Below are positions 17,427 through 28,300 of a DNA stretch of 34,753 nucleotides, piece by piece. The stretch is from positions 1-34,753 of the forward strand of contig JBBTED010000112.1 in assembly GCA_038042445.1 (NCBI GenBank), in the 5' to 3' direction. The notes under the pieces were generated by a model. The model was not told the DNA's origin. It was given only the letters and a program-made list of their open reading frames with translations, and did no database searches. Each line of letters opens with the position of its first letter. The first letter of the stretch is position 1. A program made the translations under genes and the position numbers. Source of the stretch: Candidatus Firestoneibacteriota bacterium (lineage in GTDB: Bacteria > Oederibacteriota > D2-FULL-39-29 > JBBTED01).

Positions 17427-19211
17427 TCATTTCATACCGGGTGGAGTGGATTGTGCTTCACCACCACTTACACGTTTCAAAAAATTCTGCAAATCTTTGT
17501 TCGTTGGGTCAAGCATTAAAGCTTTTTGCCATGCTTCACGCGCTTTATCTTTTTGCTGAATCGCATAATATCCTGAACCTATTCTCATCAAAGCTGTAAG
17601 ATTGCTTGGCTCAAGCTCTAAAACATCCTGACACTTTTCAATTACCTTATCATACTTACCCTCATAGAAATATCCAAGACTTTCGTAAAGTTTTTGCGAA
17701 ACTACATCCATACCTTCTTTTGTCTTGCCACCTTTGAAATCCAGATTTGTTTCAGCAGCTATCATTCTACCTAATTTTATCAATCTCTCATTCTCAGGCT
17801 GCTTGCTTGATACATATTCTAACATATTAAGTGCCATTTTTGGATTACTGTCAATATAATATTCAACACCTCTTCTTATTAAATCACTTTCCCTGCTATC
17901 ACCTGTTTCTTTTGGCATAGCACTTGTTATAGATTGCATTTTATTAACCAAAGCAAGTGAATCTGCATTTTTTGGGTCAAGCTCAATTGCTTTATTTAAT
18001 TTTTCAAGTGATGCAGCATACAAACCTGTTTTATAATCAGCTACTGCCATCTTGTAATAACTATTTGCCTCTTCCTGTTTTGCAAGCTCTATTGACCTCT
18101 CACGTTCAAGCCTTGCAAAAGACATTGATTCTCCAAACCGCGCTGTAGCTGAAAATCTATGGCTTCCACCTAACTCGTGAGTTCCAAACGCATAATCAAG
18201 CCCATAATCTCTATAATATGCACCAAAACCTACTGTAAATTCCTCATAATTTGCACCAACACGAAGTGCAATTTGAAGCGGATTTTCCGTCTGTAATCTA
18301 AACAATTTATATTCAGTTCCAACATACCAATTACTATCACTGTCAACATCAAAAGCTACAGTCATTTGTTTACGCAAAAACCTGTATGACAATCCACCTC
18401 TAATCATAAGTGGTATTTTATCCTGAGTTGCAGCACCAAGATGCATTATCGTTAAAAAATCCTGCAATGTTAATCCCAATCTTGCATCTTCAAAAGGTTC
18501 AGTGATTATTCCTAAATCAGTAAGAATAAATGCATCTATATCTTTAGCTAATGTTCTTGAATAATATTTTACACTTCCTCCTAATGATATATGTTCCATT
18601 AGATATGCCCCATACGCCAAACTTATAGCCATTTCATTAACTCCAAAAGTTCCACCCGGCACATTATATATATCCCGTTCTTCAAAACCACCTGATGAAA
18701 GATATAACAGATTAAGACCAAATGTCCCCATATCCAAAGTAGGATGAACATAACTTACAAAATCATAATTTGTATCAGCCCATAGTATTGCGTGCAATGC
18801 AGTAAGTTCTTTTTGGTCTACTTGCGCTAATGCACCTGTGTTCCAAAGTGTAGCTGTAGCATCATCTACAACTGAAACATAAGCTTTACCCATTCCAAGC
18901 GCTCTTGCACCTGCACCATAAATAAGAAGTGCACCTGGTTTTCCGCCTTTACCTATGGGTGCGGCGGAAATGGGGGAGATAAATAGCAATGTAATACATA
19001 TAATAACAAGGGAAAGAATGAGATTCTTCGCTTTGCTCAGAATGACAGAAGAAATATTGCTCGCAATGACAGATACCATCACGCGTAATGACAAGTTCCG
19101 CAGGCTAAAGCCTGCGACTACCTCTGGATTCCCGCTGGAGTTTACCCCGTACTCCGATACGGGGCGGGAATAACAAGCGATTTTGCATTTTATGTTTTTC
19201 ATTGTCATCAT
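17427..19211 (-). CDS. PorV/PorQ-like (FadL-fold, UPF0164-like) outer-membrane protein with C-terminal TPRs; start uncertain (19211 or 19079)
   Basis: GAGARALGMGKAYVSVVDDATATLWNTGAL signature; barrel end GLDYAFGTHELGGSHRFS; TPRs (KAIELDPKN, AREAWQKALMLDPTN); signal h-region ending ISA-A. Confidence 0.8.
   Translation of the reverse strand: MMTMKNIKCKIACYSRPVSEYGVNSSGNPEVVAGFSLRNLSLRVMVSVIASNISSVILSKAKNLILSLVIICITLLFISPISAAPIGKGGKPGALLIYGAGARALGMGKAYVSVVDDATATLWNTGALAQVDQKELTALHAILWADTNYDFVSYVHPTLDMGTFGLNLLYLSSGGFEERDIYNVPGGTFGVNEMAISLAYGAYLMEHISLGGSVKYYSRTLAKDIDAFILTDLGIITEPFEDARLGLTLQDFLTIMHLGAATQDKIPLMIRGGLSYRFLRKQMTVAFDVDSDSNWYVGTEYKLFRLQTENPLQIALRVGANYEEFTVGFGAYYRDYGLDYAFGTHELGGSHRFSATARFGESMSFARLERERSIELAKQEEANSYYKMAVADYKTGLYAASLEKLNKAIELDPKNADSLALVNKMQSITSAMPKETGDSRESDLIRRGVEYYIDSNPKMALNMLEYVSSKQPENERLIKLGRMIAAETNLDFKGGKTKEGMDVVSQKLYESLGYFYEGKYDKVIEKCQDVLELEPSNLTALMRIGSGYYAIQQKDKAREAWQKALMLDPTNKDLQNFLKRVSGGEAQSTPPGMK
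19021..19206 (-). repeat. Stack of repeats within the open 5' frame of the PorV-like gene
   Basis: TGTCAT element 19021-19047, remnants 19057-19071 and 19080-19093, GTAG element 19099-19121, composite 19124-19175, heptamers 19179-19206. Confidence 0.85.
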
Positions 19212-19221
19212 CTCACATTTA

Positions 19222-19272
19222 GCCGATAAATCGGCAACTACAAATCTCGCAAGGCTAAAGCCTTACCCTACA
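19222..19272 (-). repeat. Two GTAG elements (19222-19242, 19249-19272)
   Basis: GCCGATAAATCGGCAACTACA; GCAAGGCTAAAGCCTTACCCTACA. Confidence 0.85.
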
Positions 19273-19310
19273 TAATGTATTACGCTAACCGCTACATATT
19301 ATATCATAAC

Positions 19311-22300
19311 TTAGTGTAAGACTCCAATTTTTCTTATGATTTGTTTCATTCCCTGTTCTGATTTAATAACTATTCTGCAAATATATCCACCTTTTGATAC
19401 ATACTCACCAATATCATTTTTACCATCCCATACTATGTTATTAAGCAATACTTGTCCACCTTCTAAAGCTTTTGGACATTCTTTTGTCCATGCTAAATGC
19501 CCAAGTAAATCGTATATCTGTATCGTAACATCAGCATCCTGATTTAATAAATATGTAATAGTAGTCTGGCCTTCAACACCTGACTTTCTTGTATCAAATG
19601 GATTTGGATAATTAGCAAGCATACTTATAACTTCTTTAGGTAATTCACCTACTACAATACCCGGAGCTACAACACTGTAATCACCCCATTTACCTGCACC
19701 GTTAATAGCTTTAACTCTATAGTAGTATATATGATTTAATTCTTTTTTATCAAACAATAGAGTTGCTTTTCCTGATTTTTCTGAAATACCTGTTGTCATT
19801 TTCTGGGTTTTCCTGAATCCAAGTGCACGAACAGGAGCATCTGTAGTGCTAATACTCTTCCACACAGGAGAAGTATCAAGTTTTTCTTCTACTATATAAC
19901 CTTTAATTCCAGATTTATCTTCTATTGCAGTATTCCAGGTTACTGAATATGTTCCAACTTTAGTCTGATAAATTCTGCCTGTTTTTGGTATTCCAGGTGC
20001 AAGCTTTTCAGGAGCATTAGGTGGAGTTAAATCAACCTCCACTTTGCCTTTTGTAGGTATACTCTTGTACTGCTGATTTTTCAATCTAACAAATACATAA
20101 GATGGAACATTTGGATCTAAATTCGTTGCAGCATCAAATTCACTATTTGCACCAACAGAATTCCAACTACTATCAGGAACATTTTCAGAAACATATTCAG
20201 CTGTTACATCCTGTGTAGTCACATAGAATTGTATATCATCAAATTTAATATCATCTCCAATTGCTCCCAATGCAAGTATAGCAAGCTTTGACGGGTCAGC
20301 AACAAAAGCCGGTAATTCTATAACAGGAGAAAGTGGTGTGAATTTTGGAACAATCCTTGGTGTAGAAGACTCATATCCACCTGCAACAAAATCCTGTATT
20401 GTTCCTGCGGTAAATATGAAATAATCTCCAGATGCAAGTTTTACACCAACTCTTCCATCAATAGGCGATTCTATATTTACATCTATTGCTATATAGAATG
20501 TCTTGATACCTGTATTTATTACCTCAGGAGTAGTCAGAGTAATTGATGCAAGTTCACTTGGGAATGGACCTTGTGCTACACCTATTTCAGTATCTTTATC
20601 TTTGTCAAAATTGCCCTCTCCGTCATCTCTGTAAACTCTTATTCTATCTATAGACGCATAGGCTTTTAATAATTTAATCTGCATTCCATTTAAATAACAT
20701 TCATTATTACTTGTATTCAAAGCAAATTTTATCATTCCACTTTTAACAAAACCCTGCCTTAATGCAACTGTAGCAATTGAACTTGCAGACAAAGTAATTT
20801 TTATTTGTCCTATCTGAACATCCTCAGACTGAATTGGGAATCCAACTTCAGTATTCATGCTATTTGGCGAAGTTATTGTAAAATATGCAGGAAGATCGCA
20901 TTTTACACCAACCCAGTTATTTGGAATAGCATCCGGTGCAATTAAATATACTATATAATAAGTCTGTACAGCTGGAGTTATCTTTTGATAAGACGCTGGA
21001 GTTGTTCCTGATGTAATATTTAGGACAACTCTTCCATTTACAAAGAATGCATCTGTTACAAACGCTCCAATTGGATGATATGCTGATTTAGTCGCAGGTA
21101 TACCAGCAGCAGGAGACGCAGCACGTCCTATTCCTGTAAATGAATTAGCAGTTTTGCCACTATAACTTATGACTTCACTTCCTATTTTTATGTATCCACT
21201 GCTCGGGAATCCTTCTGTAGAAGTAACAGGAACAACTGTAGCAGATGGATCTATTCCCGCAGAAAGAATTGTTCCAGAATTAACTAATGTATCCTTATCT
21301 GCTTCAAATGAACCACTATTATTTGAATCTTTGAATATTTTAATTGCAGATATATCTGTATCCACACTTTGCCCTTTTCTTAAAAGCGTTAATTTCTCCC
21401 AACCTGCTTCAGACACATCAGTTTGCATTGTAAATCTCACAAGCGCAATTTGCTCATTTGGCATAGGTGAAGGAGTTGCTGAAGTTATTAAGTTTATACC
21501 AGAAACCGTAACTTTATCTAAATATTCCTGGATAGTCACTCCTGAAGAAACAATTTCCGAAAATGCCTGAACTGTATCAGCCTGAGCTCCAAGCCGCGTT
21601 GTTGCTAATGTAAATGAAGATGGACCTTCAATTCTGACTCTTAAAGTTACGCCAATAGTTGCAGTTGGTTGAATACTATAGGTTACAAAATATTTTTGCA
21701 GAGTTGTGCCAATATCCTGTGGATACTGAAGTTGTATTGTTGTTTCTTTGTTCATATATACATGACTTTCATAACTTACAAGAGTATCCGTGCCATTTTC
21801 ATAATTATCATTATTATTTACATCTTTATAAATTTTGATTGCATAAATGTCATTATCTGTTGCAGTAGCATCAGTTCCATTCATTGTAAGTTTAAGATGT
21901 GTCCACTTCACATTATGTTTATCTGATTTCAGTCTAAGTTGTAATATAATAAATGGATCTCTTAAGAATTCTGTTGTTGAACCTGGCTGTGAACCCTGCC
22001 CTTGTGTAACCTGTGGATATGCCATAGCTCTATCAAAAGAATCAACTATAAGCTTATCATTTGTAGCGTGGACAACTGGAGAGCCACTTGTAAATGCAAA
22101 ATTCTGAGTAGATACCACATTTGGACTATTTAATGTAAATGTATCTTTATTTGTCCAGCTTGCAGCAACCTGCACATCATCAGTAGCAGCATCTGCAAAA
22201 CTATATGCAACAAAATAAGTTTTTGATGCTATAGCAACTGCTGTGCCTGTTGTATGAGAAGCTGCAGCTGATGAATTAGCGCCTCTTGTGCAACCTGTTA

Positions 22301-25300
22301 AGTTTGTAGCATCCTTCCCTGTATAAACTATCAATTCATTTTCAATTTTTATGACTCCAGAACCAGAGAAACTTGCAGTAGAAACTACTGGAATAGTTGT
22401 CACAACATTTGTTATATCCCCTGACAAAGTTGTTAAATTCGTAATAGGTATAATTTCTGTTGGACTTAGAGGAGTTCCAGATGTTGGCAATGTAATAAGT
22501 GCTGTAGAATAACTAAATGTACCAAACCCTAAATCTGTATCTGCATCCGGATCTAACGTTCCATTGTCATCTGTTGGGTCATAAGGTGTTCCATTGTCAT
22601 CTCTGAATATTTTTACTGCTTCTATATCTGCATCAACACCACCTGAAATTCTACTTACACGCATTTCTTTTAATTTTACCTGATAATCATCAACTGAAAG
22701 AACAAGTTTTTCCATTGCAACATATTTATCACCCTGGAATACATATTTTTCAACAAGTTCACCAGGATTATGAACGTCTTTAGAAGTTCCAAAAGAACCT
22801 CTTATGCATCCTGTAAATGTTGTAGCAGTTCTGCTTGTATATGTAATTAACTCGTTGCCGATTTTCATTGTGTAATATGGACGGTCAGCAGAACCCGGAT
22901 TTGGAGTTGTAAAATTAGCAGTTGACGAAACTGTAATCACAGTTTCGCTTCCACCAGCAACCAAACCTGCTCCACCAAGTGTTGTGCCACTTGTTACATC
23001 ATAAGGTTGGACATACATAGTTCTTGGTGTAGGAACAATTTCATTTTCAGCAGATTGGAATGATGCAAAACCAGTATATATTGCATTTGGCGTCTTGAAT
23101 GTCCAATATGTGCTATCTGTCCATTTAACTCCTATTTTATTTCCTGGAGGTGCAGAACCACCTATGTTCACTACCACAAAATATATCTGTGGAGTTGGAG
23201 TCAAAATAGTTTCCATAGTTGAAACAAAAGTACTTGATTTATGAGAAACTGCACTTGTTCCTGAAGTACCTCTTGTGCATCCTGTAAAAGAATTACCCGC
23301 AATTCCTGTATAAGATATAAGCTCATTATCTATTCTTAAAGTTCCAGTAGATGGGAAACTCGTAGATAAAACCACATTAATTGTTGTATCAGATGAATTT
23401 ATATCTGATAAAAGCGATGTTGGAGTTATAAGTGTTATATTAGCTAATCCACCTGTGAAACCACTTATACTTGTGACTAATGTATCAGTTGCAGGATCAA
23501 ACACACCTGCACTTCCTGCATCTTTATAAATTTTAATTCCTGTTATATCGGAATCTACACCTGCACCTATTCTTTCAAATTTGGTTCCTGTCCATATAGC
23601 AGTAGATTTATCAGTTGATAAACTTAATTTTTCTATTGAAACATTAGTTTTACCTTGTAGTATTGTATTTGGATTCCCTGATTCTGTTGGATTTTCTGCT
23701 ATTCCTGAAACAGTTATTGTATCAGTATATTCATTAATAACAATTGGTAACACATCATGAGAAGGAGTAGTATTGCTTAAAATATCGGGCAAAACTACTG
23801 TATAAGGCGGTGTTCCAGTACCATCATAACCATCTATATGAATTCCAAGCATTCCAGAACCAATTGTTGCAAAATTATTTATATCAATTGCAACAAAATA
23901 AGTTTGAACAAATGGAAAAACTGTAGATATTGTCTGGTCTTTTGTAAGTGTAATTGAACTGCTTCCACTTGTGAACACATTAGAACCGGAAGAAATCAAA
24001 GCATCACCAACTAATGCTCCTGTGCTATGAGCTATAGCTGTTGTTCCCTGAACACCTCTTGTTAATCCTGTAAATGTTGTAGAAGTAGTACCGGAATATT
24101 GAATTTTTTCTTCATCAATTTGAACATAACCAGAACCTGGGAACCCTGTTGTAGAAGTAACAGAAATACTTGAAGCACTACTACTTATAGTTGCTGTTAA
24201 ATTGGTAACACAAAGCACTGCTTTTCCTGAACCGCTTACAGCACCTGTTACATATTTATAGATTTTAATTGCTGATATATCTACATCCTGGCCAACACCT
24301 AATCTGCTTAAACTAATCTGTGTCCATTTCGCAGTATTTTTATTCACAGAAAGTTTTAATCTAACTAACATAACATCTTTCGTACTCTGAATTGCTGATG
24401 CAACATCAGTATTATCCTCAGCAGTTACACTAATAGTATCTACAGTTGCATGTATTAAAGGTTCTTCTGTAGCAAATGGGAAGTTTACATTTTCTACAGT
24501 ATTTCCACCTCCTAAAGTAAGTATAATTGAATCTTTAGTCGTTAATTTAGCTCCAAATGTATTGCTTATAGTTGCTGATGGGTCTATTTTATAAACAAGG
24601 AAATAGGTTTTTGGTGTTGTTGTTATATTCTGGGAATTTGAAGAAAAATCTATAGTAACACTTCCTGAAGAAAAAGCTTCAGTCCCAGCACTGATAAGTG
24701 TATCTGCAGTATAATCAAATATACCATCTCCATATTCTGTTTGTCCAGGGGTTCCATCTTTATATATTTTAACTGCAGTTATATCAGTATCCAAACCTGT
24801 AACTGGCGTTCCACCTTTTGTTATTGACATTTGTACCCATTCTGCTGAATATTTATCTGTATTTAAAACAATTTTGACTATTCCATAATTTAAATCTCCC
24901 TGTTCTGCATATTGATATATTAATGTCTCTGCAGAATGTGAATCAGGAGTAGTTCCATTTATACCACGCGATTCTACATTTAAAACTTCATCTGTCTTTG
25001 AATTATATTTTATAATTTCATTATCTATTTTAATATTACCTGCATTAGGTATTCCATCAGTTGCAGGATATTTATATATTGTTGCACCCATAGTATGAGA
25101 TGCAGCACTCGTAGCTCCGCCAAATGGATTATTTATATCTGATACTCCTCTTATACAACCTGTAAATATTAAAAACCCACTATCAACATACGCATCTGTA
25201 TAAGATATTATTTCACTATCAATTTTTATAAATCCTTTTATTGCTTTATCTTCAGCATTAGAACCTTTTGGATAAAACCCTGCTACAGAAGTTGCTGTGC

Positions 25301-28300
25301 TTGAAATTATAGTTGCAATATCATCTACAGTATTTTGCAAAGCTGTAGAAACTTTGTATTTTATCGGAACAGTTGCAGAACCACTGGTTATACCTGACCC
25401 TAATTTAATTGCACTTATATCAGTTGGTATTACATAAACCTTACCTGGAGATGTTTCTATCACACTTACTAAATTTACTTCTGTGCCTGCTGAATGTTGC
25501 TCTTGAGGTGTCCCATATTGACCTCTGCTTAATCCTGTAAGCTGATTTCCTGATTTACCTGTATACTTGATAATTTCACTTTCAATTTTTATTGCAGCCG
25601 GAACTCCAGGAGTCGCATTAGGAAAAGACACAGGATTATTTAATGTAACTGTAGTAGCTCCAACTAATAAAATATTAGTTAAAGTTGATGAACTAATAGG
25701 GAAATTATTTGCTGCTACTGGAACACTGGAAGTCGTGAAATAAGCGGTATTTGCAATTTTTGCACCATGATAATTATTTGGATTAGCTGTATCCGCTACA
25801 GAAAAAGTAACAAAGTATACCTTATTATTACTTGCAATTAGTTCAGAAAACCCGGTTAAATTACATATTCCACCCACAAAAGTAAATGGACCACCTATTA
25901 CAGTTACCAAAACATCGCTACTTGCTTCAAATGATCCATTATTATCACTTCTCCATAGTTTTACACTTGTTATATCAGAATCTGCACCTGCAGTTCCAAC
26001 TCTATCTAATCTCAACTGTGTCCAATTCGTTGAAGAACCACTTGTTTTTATTGTTAATTTCGTAACAGCTTTATTCTGATCTCCCTGGCTTATACCTGCA
26101 GGAGATATAATTCCTTCTGTAGCTCCTGGAGTAACAGTTACACCTTGAACACTTAAACTTGTTATACTTGTTCCTGTTATAGATGGAGTATTTACATCTG
26201 TTGCAGTAATTGTTATATTCTCAGCATTTGTATCTGATAACTGCAAGGCATAAACTCCCTGAGCATTTATTGTATAAGTATAAGAAGCTGATGGTGTAAA
26301 TGTAACTGTACTTCCTGATGAATTTGTTGTAAAGTTTACTATTCCTGTATAATAAGAAACAGTTGGCATAGTCGCAGAAGACCAGGAACCAGAAGCAATA
26401 TTCCCACGACCATCTTTTGCTTTTATAGTTACATCAGACATAGAATTAACTACTGTTGTTCCTGAATGTAGGACTTCATACGAAGCAGCAGAACCTGGTG
26501 TAACTGTTATATATTGTGATGCAGGAGTCCAACCATATCCAACATTCGGTGTTGCAGTTAGAGTTGTTGGTTTTGCAACTTTTGTGCTTGAATTATGGGC
26601 ATCAGGAGTTGTAGGAGATGAACCTGTTGTTCCTGCAGCACCTCTTGTGCACATTAAGAAATTAGTTGCATCAATACTTGTATAAGTTATTATTTCATTT
26701 TCAATTGTTATAGCTCCTGAAGATGGGAAACCAGTAGTTGATGCAACAGGAATAGTAGTCACTGCAGAAGTAATAGCAGAAGTTAATCTTGTTGAAATAC
26801 CAGCAGTCTTATCCTTATAATGGAGTAAACCTGAACTGAAACCTGGAGCTATTCCAATCATAATATTAGATGTACCTGGCCATGTTCCTATGGAAAATTC
26901 TGCATCACCCGAGGCCCCAGTTATAGTAATATATTTTGTAACAGCTCCTGTAACAGGAGATATATTGTCTGATGCATCACGCGTTTCAACATAAATTGGA
27001 TAACCTGTTCCAACTGTTGTTCCTTCATCCATCATTATTGTTCTAAATGGAGATGTTATAAATACTTTCGTAATAGGTCCTGCTGTAACTGTTTGAGTTT
27101 GCGAGGCTTGAGTCCAATTTGGAGAAGCAGACGGACTTTCATTAAGTATTATATTTGGTGTTCCGACTTTTGAACTCTTGAAGTAGAAATAAGCTGTGCT
27201 TTGACCAATTGGAATAGTTGTCCAAGTAGATGTAAAATTAACAGCATCAGTTGAGAAAGTCGCGCCTTGTGGAATACTTTCAAAGTTAAGTGTTGTATTT
27301 CCCGGAGCATTAGCAGGATTTTTGAACTTATCCTGAACTTGAACTTTCATAAAATGCAAAGCAGTTGCTGTTGCACCTGAACTATGCGTGCTCGCTGAAG
27401 TTCCATTATATCCGCGAACACATTCCAAGAATGAAGTTGGGTTTTTACTCTTATATGCAATTACTTCATTATCAATTTTAAGAGCTCCTGAAGCAGGGAA
27501 AGACTCTGTATCTGCTATAGTAATTGTAATATCACCCAAACCAATACCTGATGAAAGAGTAGCATCAATATTTGTAGCAGGCAGAGTACGTGCAAAAGTT
27601 AGAAATACCAACATCGGTGTTGACAAAGACAAATCAGGTGTAATTGTTTCAGTTTGTGTTGCATTTCCCAATCCTGCAGCTATTGCAGTTATTTGAACTG
27701 CAGGATAATTATAAACTGTAGCTCCAATTGAATGTGATGCTGCACCTCCACCTCTTGTGCATCCTGTAAATGAAGTTCCTGTTTTGCCTGTGTAAGTTAT
27801 TGTTTCAGAATCTATTTTTATAGTACCTGATGATGAGAATCCACCTGTTGTTTCAACATATATATTTGCATCAGTTGATAACACATCTATTGTTAAAGGC
27901 ACACCAACTTTTGTATCTTTATAATAGAAATTCACGGAATTCTGACCTGATGGTATTGTAACTGTTGTAGTTGGATTTACCGTATCTATAGAAAATGATG
28001 CAGTTCCTATAGAATTAGAAGACAAACTTACACTTGTATTAGAACTTACTATATTGGCATTACTATAAGAATCCTGTGCCTGAACTGTAAGCACAGCTGA
28101 ATAAGTATCAGCTGATGTTGTAACAGGACTATTTGCAAAAGCTAAGAAAGAAATAGTAGTAGGATGCAAAATTATATTCTTTGTAATAGTCGGAACAGGC
28201 AAACCTATTATTTCTGCTGTTATTGTAAAACTAATAGGTGCATCTGGTGGTGAATAACTTGCCTTTTCATCATAATAGTAGAATAAAGCTGCTGTAATAA

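Noticed and set aside
4741..19272. Tagged palindromes as ordinary intrinsic terminators
   Set aside because: Most lack a U-tract on the sense strand, many lie inside operons or CDSs, and they carry constant one-sided tags.
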